Positions 19,839 to 28,526 of a DNA stretch of 64,000 nt are shown here, one piece after another (position 1 is the stretch's first letter; every line of letters starts with the position of its first letter). The stretch is taken from NCBI GenBank assembly GCA_002352545.1, contig DEIO01000017.1, forward strand, positions 4,631 through 68,630. The letters run 5' to 3'. Made by a program: the position numbers and the translations under genes. Under the pieces are notes generated by a model. That model did not search any database. It was not told the DNA's origin and worked only from the letters and a program-made list of their open reading frames with translations. This DNA is from Patescibacteria group bacterium UBA2772. Its GTDB lineage: Bacteria > Patescibacteriota > Minisyncoccia > Moranbacterales > DUUL01.

Positions 19839-20369
19839 ATGAATAATATTGAGAACTTTAATTTAATCTCATATCTTGAGCAAACAAACGCTTTTTTAGA
19901 AAAGTCGTTTGTTTTTCGTGGATTTAAGTTTATTTTAGCTTTTTATCTTATCTTGATGACAGCCACAATGCTACTCATGCTTTATCGCCTCGTCAAGAAA
20001 AATTATTGGAAATTACTTGTTTCTGGTTCGAGTTTGCCAAGTGTAAAAGGAAAAATGCAAGTATTGTGGGAAAAATCAATAAAGAGATTGGAAACGGACG
20101 ATCCAAACCGTTGGAAGGCATCAATTTTAGAGCTTTCAAGTTTGCTTAATGAGGTTTTGGGCATAGTTGGTTATCAGGGGATTTTGTTGGGTGAAAAACT
20201 TGAAAATGTGCAACCATATCAATTGGAAAATTTAGCAGAAGTTATTGAAGCGAATAAAGTCAAAAATCTTATTGTCCAGGATGATAGCTATAAACTAACT
20301 CAGGAAGAGGCGACTAAATTAGCTGAAGTTTTTGCAAGGTCATTAAGACTGTTAGAGGCTATTGATTAA
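19839..20369 (+). CDS. Hypothetical membrane protein
   Basis: 176-aa ORF with one hydrophobic helix (FKFILAFYLILMTATMLLMLY). No recognisable motif. Confidence 0.6.
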   Translation: MNNIENFNLISYLEQTNAFLEKSFVFRGFKFILAFYLILMTATMLLMLYRLVKKNYWKLLVSGSSLPSVKGKMQVLWEKSIKRLETDDPNRWKASILELSSLLNEVLGIVGYQGILLGEKLENVQPYQLENLAEVIEANKVKNLIVQDDSYKLTQEEATKLAEVFARSLRLLEAID

Positions 20370-20393
20370 GATAATATATAAACAGAAATCTAG

Positions 20394-21605
20394 ATGAGCA
20401 AGAAATTTTCAGAAGATTTTCTTTGGGGGGTTGCACATGCATCTCATCAAGTTGAAGGAAATAGTAAAGGAAATGATTGGTGGGACTGGGAGCAACAAGG
20501 AAAAACAAGTGAACCTTCGAACTGGGCTTGTGATAGTTGGAATCGTTATCTTATAGATAACAAGTTGGCTCAAAATCTAGGTTGTGATGCTTTTAGACTT
20601 TCATTTGAATGGTTTCGTATTGAGCCCAAGAAAAGGAAATTTTCGCAAGTGGGGATTGAACATTACAGAAAGCTTTTACAGGATTTAAAAAAAAGAGGGA
20701 TAAAAAGAGTCGTAACTTTATGGCACTGGACATCTCCAATGTGGTTTGTGAAAGATGGTGGTTGGCATGGTGAAAATGCAGTAGAGCATTTTTCAAGTTA
20801 TTGCAAAAAGGTGATGGAGGAACTTGGTGCTGAAATTGATATGTTTGTCACGATTAATGAACCAAGATTACCTTTGAATAGGGGTTATTTAACAGGGGAT
20901 TTTCCTCCAGGAAAAAGAAATCCTCTTGCTTTTTTGCGAGCAAGAAAAAATATGATTGTTGCTCATCGGGAATGTTATGATATTTGTAAAAAAATCCAAA
21001 AAAACATTCCAGTTGGAGTGACTCAATTTTGTAATATTTTTGAATATGCTAATCCAAAATCTCCTTTATGGACTGTTACAAAAAAAGTAGAAGATAATTA
21101 TAACTGGTATTTCCAAGATCATATCAAGGATAAACAAGATTTTATTGGAGTAAACTATTATTTTGGAATGAAAATTTCCTTGTTACCTCCTTTTGTTAAG
21201 ATGAAAAATATCGATAAAGAATTAACCGAAATGGGCTGGGGCGTTTATCCAAATGGACTTTTCAAACTTTTAATGTCTGCTTGGAAAAGATTTAAAAAAC
21301 CAGTTTATATTTTTGAAAATGGGATTGCTGATAAAAAGGATACAAGACGGGCTAAATATATTAAAATTCATACAGAAGCTGTGCTTGATGCAATTAATCA
21401 AGGTGCTGATGTTAAGGGGTACTTCTATTGGTCTCTACTGGATAATTTCGAATGGCTTTTAGGATATTCTAAGAAATTTGGTTTATGTGAAGTTGATGAT
21501 AAGACTATGGAGAGAGTTCCTAGAAAATCATTTTTTGAATATCAAAAATTGATTGCTAGATATAAAGGTGAGTTAGAAGTGCAGACCGATAATATTAAAA
21601 AATAA
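20394..21605 (+). CDS. Glycoside hydrolase family 1 (beta-glucosidase-like)
   Basis: Acid/base motif TINEP and nucleophile motif IFENG. N-terminal FLWGVAHASHQVEG. Confidence 0.9.
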   Translation: MSKKFSEDFLWGVAHASHQVEGNSKGNDWWDWEQQGKTSEPSNWACDSWNRYLIDNKLAQNLGCDAFRLSFEWFRIEPKKRKFSQVGIEHYRKLLQDLKKRGIKRVVTLWHWTSPMWFVKDGGWHGENAVEHFSSYCKKVMEELGAEIDMFVTINEPRLPLNRGYLTGDFPPGKRNPLAFLRARKNMIVAHRECYDICKKIQKNIPVGVTQFCNIFEYANPKSPLWTVTKKVEDNYNWYFQDHIKDKQDFIGVNYYFGMKISLLPPFVKMKNIDKELTEMGWGVYPNGLFKLLMSAWKRFKKPVYIFENGIADKKDTRRAKYIKIHTEAVLDAINQGADVKGYFYWSLLDNFEWLLGYSKKFGLCEVDDKTMERVPRKSFFEYQKLIARYKGELEVQTDNIKK

Positions 21606-21610
21606 CTTAA

Positions 21611-22537
21611 ATGAACTGGATTGTATTGGCTATGGGGGCCTATTTTCTGCTTTCTATTGAATCGATTGCAAATAAGTTCTTGATTTCTGGAAAGGTTGGA
21701 AGTTGGAGACTATATCTTTTTTATATCGGACTTTTGTCTTTTACTAGTTTGATGTTTGCTCCTTTTGGTCTTTATTGGCCAGGATGGCAAGTTGTTGGAA
21801 TATCAGTTTTTACTGGAATTATCTTTTTCGGTTATCTAGCTTTTTTATTTTCATCGCTAAAAGGATCAACGGCGACAAGAGTTTTTGTGCTAATCGGTGC
21901 TGTGGCCACCATTACTACTTTTGTTTTTTCTAAGCTATTTTTAGAAGATAGCTTAACAACAGGTAAACTAATAGGAGTGGCATTGCTTTTGTTTGGAGGG
22001 TTCTTTATCTCTTTTAAAATAAAAGAAAAACAATTTTTTACAGATTATAAGAAAGTTGTTATCGCAGGTCTTTTGTCTGGAATTTCTTTGGGAATGTTGA
22101 AATATACTTTTGATATTTTTGATAAATTAGGAGGAACTGACTTTGAAGTTTTTGTAAATGGATATATTTATACTAGAATGGGGTCAGTTGTAATGGTTTT
22201 GTTTCTTATGTGTCTTCCTGGTTATAGAAATCACATAATAGCAACCTTCAAAAAGAAAAAAGGAAGAGAACATGCTATAAATTTTTTATTTGTTGTTGGT
22301 GTAAAAACTCTTTCTGGAATTGCAACATTTATGATGAATTTTGCTCTTTCGATAGGAGATCCTACAATTGTTAGTGCGCTAGGTTCTGTTCAATACCTAG
22401 GTGTCTTTTTGTTGTCTTTGGGACTATCAGAGAGATTTGGCAGTATTTTGAAAGAAGATTTAGATAGAAGAGATCTAGTTTTTAAGTCAGTGGGAGTTTT
22501 GTTGGTAGTACTTGGAATTATTATAGTCTTTATTTAA
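21611..22537 (+). CDS. DMT/EamA-like polytopic membrane transporter
   Basis: About 10 hydrophobic helices in two halves. 6 nt after the GH1 stop. Confidence 0.65.
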   Translation: MNWIVLAMGAYFLLSIESIANKFLISGKVGSWRLYLFYIGLLSFTSLMFAPFGLYWPGWQVVGISVFTGIIFFGYLAFLFSSLKGSTATRVFVLIGAVATITTFVFSKLFLEDSLTTGKLIGVALLLFGGFFISFKIKEKQFFTDYKKVVIAGLLSGISLGMLKYTFDIFDKLGGTDFEVFVNGYIYTRMGSVVMVLFLMCLPGYRNHIIATFKKKKGREHAINFLFVVGVKTLSGIATFMMNFALSIGDPTIVSALGSVQYLGVFLLSLGLSERFGSILKEDLDRRDLVFKSVGVLLVVLGIIIVFI

Positions 22538-22556
22538 TAAGAATTAAAAACAGAAA

Positions 22557-23618
22557 ATGTCTATCCTAAAGCTTTTAGTAAAATGGACAATCGGATTGCT
22601 TGTTCTATTGGCTATTCTTGTTGTATCGGTGCTGATTCTTTTTAATTGGCCAGTTGCAAGCAAGAATGCAGACATGGAGTTCGGTGTTTCATTTTCTGAT
22701 GTTCAAGCTAGAGCGTTGGAAATGGATTGGAAAAAAACATACACAGAGATTCTAACAGATCTCAAACCTAAGAAAATGAGAATAGCTGCTTATTGGTCTG
22801 ACATTGAGAAAGAAGCTGGTGTTTACGATTTCTCAAATCTAGATTTTCAGGTTGATAAAGCTGAGAAGTATGGCACAAAGCTAGTTTTGGCAATGGGAGT
22901 CAAAGTTCCTAGATGGCCAGAATGTTTTATTCCAGAAATGTATGCTGAAGGTGAAAATGATAAACCATTATCAAAAAAAGTAGCAAGAGAAAAGGCTGTT
23001 TTGGAGTTTGAAAAGGCTTTAGTGCAAAGATATAAGGATCGGAAAATTATTGAAATGTGGCAGGTTGAAAATGAACCATTTTTATCATTTGGACATTGTA
23101 TCGAAGGTGCTTTGGATGAACAAATAGTCGAACGTGAGATAGCGCAGGTAAAATCGTTGGATACGACAAGGAAGATAATGACTACAGACAGTGGAGAACT
23201 CAGTCTCTGGAAAGATGCGGCTAGCCGAGCGGATATCTTTGGTACAACTATGTATCGTATTATCTACAAAGATTCAGACTGGTACGATGGTTATATTCAT
23301 TATCCAATTGGACCCAATTTTTTTCGTCTAAAAGCGAAGCTAATTGGAAAATATACTAACTCAGAGGATATCGTTATTTCTGAATTACAAGGAGAACCAT
23401 GGGGTCCTGGTTGGATTAAAACCATGTCAATTAAAGAGCAGTACAAATCAATGAGTCCAGAAAAACTCATCGACATAGCTGAGTTTGCTAGGAGAACAAA
23501 ATTTAGAGAGACATATGTTTGGGGAGTAGAATGGTGGTATATGCTTAAATACCAGCGAGATAACTCTGATATGATAGAAGTAGCGAAGCAAGTTATTACA
23601 AAGCGGGAGGAAAAATAA
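22557..23618 (+). CDS. Membrane-anchored clan GH-A (TIM-barrel) glycoside hydrolase-like protein
   Basis: N-terminal anchor helix. WQVENEP (acid/base-type NEP) and VISELQGEPWG (possible nucleophile Glu). Family assignment is uncertain. Confidence 0.55.
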   Translation: MSILKLLVKWTIGLLVLLAILVVSVLILFNWPVASKNADMEFGVSFSDVQARALEMDWKKTYTEILTDLKPKKMRIAAYWSDIEKEAGVYDFSNLDFQVDKAEKYGTKLVLAMGVKVPRWPECFIPEMYAEGENDKPLSKKVAREKAVLEFEKALVQRYKDRKIIEMWQVENEPFLSFGHCIEGALDEQIVEREIAQVKSLDTTRKIMTTDSGELSLWKDAASRADIFGTTMYRIIYKDSDWYDGYIHYPIGPNFFRLKAKLIGKYTNSEDIVISELQGEPWGPGWIKTMSIKEQYKSMSPEKLIDIAEFARRTKFRETYVWGVEWWYMLKYQRDNSDMIEVAKQVITKREEK

Positions 23619-23636
23619 AAACAAAACAAAAAGAAA

Positions 23637-23680
23637 AATATTATACTTGTGATTTGCAAGTATAATATTTTTCTTTTCCA
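23637..23680 (+). terminator. Intrinsic terminator ending the GH1-DMT-GH unit
   Basis: 12-bp stem ATATTATACTTG / CAAGTATAATAT followed by TTTTTCTTTTCC. Confidence 0.75.
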
Positions 23681-23792
23681 ATAATTTTTTTCTAGTATAT
23701 CTATGTCACAGTAGACAACAGAGAGTTGCTAAGTCTAGCCAGATAAAGCAAGAAGAGTATTCTCTTGATCTAATTGAACTGATCTGGGGTAT

Positions 23793-23817
23793 TCAAAAAC
23801 CGAGCGCTAACTCGGTT
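23793..23817 (-). terminator. Intrinsic terminator after CDS 23839..24969
   Basis: Minus strand AACCGAG-TTAGCG-CTCGGTT followed by TTTTG. Confidence 0.6.
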
Positions 23818-23838
23818 CATCTTACTATTGAAAGGAAA

Positions 23839-24969
23839 CTAAGCTTCTTCGTTTATGAGCTTGCTAAAGTTGATATTCACATCTTTGATCCATTTTCCAG
23901 CATTAGGATCTTTGTCACAAGCAGAACCACATTTCCATAAGACCATTTCCTTGGGCGTATCCACTTCAGTTTTCACGAGTCTCTCAAGTCTTCCCCCAAC
24001 AGTGTCAATTGCATCTTGAGCACTATTAAAGCAAGTATGTCCGCCAGTACCCATTTTTTTTCTAATTCCACGATATCCCCAGTAGTTAAAACAATTCTGC
24101 CCATTTAGCACTGGAACTCTTCTTCCAAATCCACTTTCTTTCATCGCAATCCCTACTAAAAAAGCAGCAACTGTACGATCTTTTTTTGCAATTAGTGGAG
24201 CCATTTCTTCCATTGGGCTTCCTTTCAATATTGCTTTGATTTCTTCTTCTAGTTCTTCTTCTTTTACATTATCAAATTTTTGTAGTGTGTTGAGAACAAA
24301 TTCGTCGAGTTTTTGATCAAATTGTTTAGCAATTTTTTCATCTTTTGCTCCTAATACTGTGGTTTGAGCCCGAACTGTTTTTTCTGCTTGCTCTACATGT
24401 AACATAGCCATATCTTTTGCAGAGGAGTTGTTTTCTCTGTAATCAATAGCAAAAATTGTAACAAAGGTTGCGATAAGCATGACAGCCATTGTTGATGCAA
24501 ATGTTTTTGTTTTCAAGAAAGAATTTTGCCAGTTAAATCCCCAAAAAGAAATAGGTGTTTCATTTGGGTTAAGCTCACATTCTGAAGGAGTCTTTATTGT
24601 TGTGTTCAAAAAAGGAATGTCTGTAACATATTTTTTTGAGTAAGATAGTTGATTCTCTGGAGCAACGACAATTTTTTTGAAATGGTCTTTAGCAGATATT
24701 TCGTCTATAAGGTTGATTTTTTTTACTTCAAGTGCAGTCCAACAACCTTTCTTGATAGCAATCCTTCTTGTTTTTCCGACGTAGTTCCTATTGATTCCAT
24801 CAACAAAAAAATCTCTCTTGAATTTAGACAAGAAGATTGTTTCGCCCAGAACGCCACTTTTCAGTTGTCTTACTTTTTCTTGTGCCTTTTTGAGGTCATC
24901 AAAGAGAAAACGGAAGTCTGGTTTGTTGTATTTATCAGTAATACAGTATAAAGTTTTTTTTAGTTTCAT
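23839..24969 (-). CDS. Bitopic membrane protein with C-terminal four-Cys lysozyme-like domain (paralog A)
   Basis: 376 aa. About 165-aa N-terminal domain, TM helix (MAVMLIATFVTIFAI), then the domain KESGFG...CFNYWGYRG...CF...VGGRL...WKCGSAC...KWIKDV, shared with 25114..25917 and 43761..44366. Confidence 0.8.
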   Translation of the reverse strand: MKLKKTLYCITDKYNKPDFRFLFDDLKKAQEKVRQLKSGVLGETIFLSKFKRDFFVDGINRNYVGKTRRIAIKKGCWTALEVKKINLIDEISAKDHFKKIVVAPENQLSYSKKYVTDIPFLNTTIKTPSECELNPNETPISFWGFNWQNSFLKTKTFASTMAVMLIATFVTIFAIDYRENNSSAKDMAMLHVEQAEKTVRAQTTVLGAKDEKIAKQFDQKLDEFVLNTLQKFDNVKEEELEEEIKAILKGSPMEEMAPLIAKKDRTVAAFLVGIAMKESGFGRRVPVLNGQNCFNYWGYRGIRKKMGTGGHTCFNSAQDAIDTVGGRLERLVKTEVDTPKEMVLWKCGSACDKDPNAGKWIKDVNINFSKLINEEA

Positions 24970-25048
24970 TTTTTGTTTTTTTAGCCCTTTTTACCCTAAT
25001 AAAGGCATAAAAACACTAGACAAGACGTGCTCTGAATAACTTATCTTT

Positions 25049-25076
25049 ATTGTAGATGATTAAAAATAAGTGTCAA
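25049..25076 (-). promoter_or_regulatory. Candidate sigma70 promoter for paralog A
   Basis: Minus strand TTGACA-16 nt-TACAAT. A second TTGACA lies 9 nt upstream (25080-25085). Confidence 0.4.
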
Positions 25077-25113
25077 TATTGTCAAGAATTGATTTTAGTG
25101 TTCTAAATGACCC

Positions 25114-25917
25114 CTAGCTTTTAACAGACATTATTTGATTGTAAAAAATAGCAACATCACTAATCCATTTACGTACGCCTTGTGGCGAATGTGAAGCGCA
25201 AGAGGAGCCACATTTCCAAACAGTCATCTGTGAAGGAGTTGATCTTTTGTTATCTATTACAAGTTTTTCAATTCTTTTTCCAACTATTTCAACTGCTTCC
25301 TCTGGAGTTGCAAAACAGCTATAGCCACTTCTTGTTGGAGTTTGTTTTCCTTTGAATCCCCAATAATTGAAACATTCAGTTCCATTTTTTTTGGGAGAGT
25401 AAACACCAAATTTACTTTCTTTAAATGCTATTCCAACCAAAAATGCTGTTACTGGTTTTTTTTGAAGCAATAAAGAGTCCAACATCTTTTCCATTGGAGT
25501 GTCTTTAAGAATTTTTGATAGTTCTTTTTCTAACAATTCATCAGTTTTTTCTTTAGACTTTTCGTTATTTATTTTGAGATTTTCATTTTTGCAAAGTGGA
25601 TTGACGAGATTTATTTGATTCTCTCGGCTGTTTTTTTCCAAGAAACTAGGTTCGCAAATATAAAGCGTGCTTTGTTTCGAAGGAGCATTCTCAGCATAGG
25701 CTATCGGAAATGTTTTATGTAATAAATTAGTTGAATCCCTAAAAAGTGTCATTTTCTGATCATTTTGAGAGATATTTAGAGCAAAAATACAATAAAAAAA
25801 GCCACAAACAAGGAATGTGGGTCCAATGATAGAGAATTTCTTTATGTTAGTTGTCTTTGAAATAGCTTTTGTAAATAAGCTAACCGATTTAGCAGTTAAA
25901 TCTGCACATCGTTTCAT
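25114..25917 (-). CDS. Bitopic membrane protein with C-terminal four-Cys lysozyme-like domain (paralog B)
   Basis: 267 aa. TM helix (IIGPTFLVCGFFYCIFAL), then KESKFG...CFNYWGFKG...CF...VGKRI...WKCGSSC...KWISDV. Confidence 0.8.
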   Translation of the reverse strand: MKRCADLTAKSVSLFTKAISKTTNIKKFSIIGPTFLVCGFFYCIFALNISQNDQKMTLFRDSTNLLHKTFPIAYAENAPSKQSTLYICEPSFLEKNSRENQINLVNPLCKNENLKINNEKSKEKTDELLEKELSKILKDTPMEKMLDSLLLQKKPVTAFLVGIAFKESKFGVYSPKKNGTECFNYWGFKGKQTPTRSGYSCFATPEEAVEIVGKRIEKLVIDNKRSTPSQMTVWKCGSSCASHSPQGVRKWISDVAIFYNQIMSVKS

Positions 25918-26043
25918 ATATTGTCATCAATATTTAGGACCTCTAAAGGTTGATTTTCAAAGGGAGCCCGTAAGAGTGTATGGAACTTTTGTAGGCAATT
26001 TATTTTGTAAGAAACATATTCAATTCTACAGTTTCAAAAACAC

Positions 26044-26072
26044 TTGTCAAGTTCGAAAAAATATGATAGAGT
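26044..26072 (+). promoter_or_regulatory. Candidate promoter for tRNA-Glu
   Basis: TTGTCA-17 nt-TAGAGT with TG one base upstream of the -10. Ends about 38 nt before the tRNA 5' end. Confidence 0.4.
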
Positions 26073-26109
26073 CGTTCTTGTAGCAATGGAATTAGTTTGC
26101 TAGCAATTT

Positions 26110-26181
26110 GGCCCGTTCGTCTAGTGGTTAGGACGCCAGGTTTTCATCCTGGTAACAGGGGTTCGATTCCCCTACGGGCTA
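26110..26181 (+). tRNA. tRNA-Glu (anticodon UUC)
   Basis: 72-nt cloverleaf: acceptor GGCCCGT/ACGGGCT, anticodon stem CCAGG/CCTGG with loop TTTTCAT, T-loop TTCGATT. No encoded CCA. Confidence 0.92.
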
Positions 26182-26191
26182 CAAAGAAAAA

Positions 26192-26219
26192 AGGCACTTC
26201 TTAGGAAGTGTCTTTTTTT
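26192..26219 (+). terminator. Intrinsic terminator after tRNA-Glu
   Basis: AGGCACTTC-TTAG-GAAGTGTCT (9 bp) followed by T7. Confidence 0.8.
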
Positions 26220-26282
26220 ATTAGCCCGTAAGGGAACTGAACGGACAGCAATGAAGTAGGTTATTTTTAGCAAAAAATAAGT

Positions 26283-26468
26283 GTAGCGAATGCCGACGGG
26301 TTCAAGCTGGCGAGGACTTGGCGCTGCCCCTGACAAGGAGCCCCAAAGGAGATGCGAGAAGACCCATTGAAACTGTTAGATAGTGCCGATGGATGCGATA
26401 GCATTCAGCGCTGCTCTTAGAGGCGGAGGTGGAGCGAAGCGAAGACGAGGCGAGAAGATCCGTTTAAA
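26283..26468. ncRNA. GC-rich, internally duplicated element; candidate structured RNA of unknown class
   Basis: 38/60 and 36/60 G+C in nt 26281-26340 and 26401-26460, versus 12/60 in the next 60 nt. Collinear motifs TGCCGAYGG...GCGCTGC...GCGAGAAGAYCC-RTT-N-AAA occur twice about 90 nt apart. GNRA hairpin GGATGC-GATA-GCATTC at 26391-26406. No ORF. Confidence 0.3.
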
Positions 26469-27087
26469 TTAAAACTCGATTGTAAAGTAAGAAAGATAAT
26501 GTTGTTTGTTTTAAAATTATTCCAATACACCTTAAAAAGCTCAAAAATAACAACTTAAAACTCGAAAGCAGGTTTCAGAGTCGTTTTAATCAGTTTGTAT
26601 TTGAGAGTTCTTTGTTTCTCTAGCCCATTTTCCCCTGGGGTCTTTTTTATGGAATAAGTCTTGTTATTTCTATAATTTCGTTTTTACAGAACATGCGATG
26701 ATAAAAATAAAAAAGGAAGGTAAATACAACGAACGGAGGACTTTAATGGTGAGAGCTTATTCTTTTAAGTTACTTGTTTTTTTGTATAAACTCATTGCAA
26801 ACAGTGGAATTCTTATAGATTATTTATTAGATGGTGAATTTAGATACTAAAATAAGTATATTTTTTTGCCGGATATAGCGATTCTAGTATTCTTTACTGT
26901 TTTTGTTAGTAAAATTTTTAAAAGCAAAGCTAGTTTATTTGATAACTTTTAAAAAACAACTGTCTACATAACTATTCTCATAATGTTTTTAATTATTTTC
27001 TGGTCTTTGTTTGATTTGGCGATTACTATTTTCTAGAAGAGTGGTTTTTTATGCTAAGATTGGAATATAAGTATATAAAGAAAAACA

Positions 27088-27505
27088 ATGGAAATAAAAT
27101 TATTTGTTGCGACGAAAGCATTTATATTTAACAAGGGTAAGGTTCTGATTGTACTTGAATCTGATAATCACATTGATGGTTCATCCAGACGTATTTGATG
27201 TTCCAGGTGGACGTGTTGAATCATGTTAGCGATTTAATGAAAGCCTCCTTCGTGAGATAAAGAAAGAAACTGCCTTATCAGTTGAAATTGGACATCCATT
27301 CTTTGCTGATGAATGGAGTCCAATTGTGAGAAATGAAAAATGGCAAATTGTGGGAACATTTTTTCAGTGCAATTCTAATGACGATAAGGTAATACTCAGC
27401 AGAGACCATAAGGATTTCAAATGGATTGATTCAAAAAAAGATAAGGAGTACAAATTAACCGAAGGAGCGAAAAAAGCTTTCAGAGCATACTTAGACAAAA
27501 AATAG
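27088..27505 (+). pseudogene. Nudix hydrolase pseudogene
   Basis: MEIKLFVATKAFIFNKGKVLIV... hits TGA at 27196. The Nudix box continues in another frame (PGGRVESC*RFNESLLREIKKETAL) with an in-frame TAG at 27227-27229. The rest is readable to the stop at 27505. Confidence 0.8.
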
Positions 27506-27762
27506 AATCTCACTCTTTTAAAACAGAAGTCACCATAGATGCATCTATTTCTTATATCTCAACAAAACCCCTGCTATAGGATAGTCTCCAAAAAATGATT
27601 TTAAGATTAAGGTAGTCAGAAAAAAGCCTGATTGTAGGGGGTGTCAAGATTCTAGCATTGACAAGAATAAAGTATTATTGTATGACTAAAAATCAATCTT
27701 TGATTGATAAAAAGTACTTATCATTTTATTTTTATAACTATTTTTAGAAAGGAGAATTTCCT

Positions 27763-28411
27763 ATGTTTACAACGGGCGCTATATTTAGTAGAAAGATGTT
27801 TTGTTTGACTTTTATGTGTTTAGCAATTTGGTTCTTTTATTGTTGAGGCTATAGTGATAAGAAGCGTTAGTCTGGAAAGTGCCTCACATCAAGTTGGTGA
27901 AACAAGAACTGAACAAAAAAACATTGATTCTATTAAAGAAAAGATTGCAAGCATTAAAACTCATCAGGATTTTCTTGTTTTACAAAATGCATTGGAAGAA
28001 ATTGCGGTTGACAACGAGGGTGACTTTTTATTGCTCGAAAAAATGGCTGTCGAAAAGGTTTCTGGGTTAGTTGAGATTGGTAATTATGACCAAATGAGAG
28101 ATTTTATTGAAAGTTGTTATCTTATCTCAACTAGAAATTTGCTGGTAGTGGCTTTTTTTGAAAGAGAAAAGCTTTTAAATTCGAAAGAGGATATCCTTTG
28201 TGAATCGGATTTTGTATTTGTTAGGTGTCCCTTCGGAAACTGTTCAAGATTTTTTGGAGGGATGCAAGAGTTTTTTCTAGGCAAAATACTGAAATCTCAA
28301 GATAAGTTTTCTGCTATTGAGCTTGAGTTTATCTTCTCCAATATTGGACTTGAAATGAAGAGAAAAGATGAATTTCTCGATAATTTTTCTGTTTTAAAAG
28401 AAACAAAATAA
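27763..28411 (+). pseudogene. Hypothetical membrane-anchored protein, frameshifted (paralog 1 of a local pair)
   Basis: Strong SD (AAAGGAGA) 7 nt before ATG 27763 opens MFTTGAIFSRKMFCLTFMCLAIWFFYC, which hits TGA at 27844. The body (listed ORF 27854..28411) is in the +1 frame, open from 27824. The junction lies in a T-rich tract. Confidence 0.55.
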
Positions 28412-28526
28412 CTTTTATTTTGAAAGGAATATCTATAGTAATTATAAATTTTTTAAGAAATTTCCCATTGCTATAATAGTTTGTTTAATTTTTATTTCAC
28501 TTGTTTTTGTGTTTGTTGTTAAGATT

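Noticed and set aside
26223-26234. AGCCCGTAAGG just after the tRNA-Glu terminator is an inverted near-copy of the tRNA 3' acceptor strand, and TTCCCCTGGGGTCT at ~26627 weakly resembles the tRNA 3' end. Considered as att sites of an integrated element.
   Set aside because: Integrative elements leave direct repeats of the tRNA 3' end, not inverted ones. The matches are 10-14 nt and imperfect, and no integrase or recombinase gene or remnant was recognised.
26283-26468. Possible 5S rRNA, tmRNA or tRNA-like identity of the GC-rich island. Short words resemble 5S (TAGTGCCGATGG, ATGCGAGA, CCCCTGAC) and a tmRNA T-arm (GGGTTCAA).
   Set aside because: At ~185 nt with an internal duplication, it does not fit a ~120-nt 5S. 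I could not draw helix I or a T-arm with complementary strands. There is no CCA-proximal acceptor and no tag ORF. The similarity is limited to short words.
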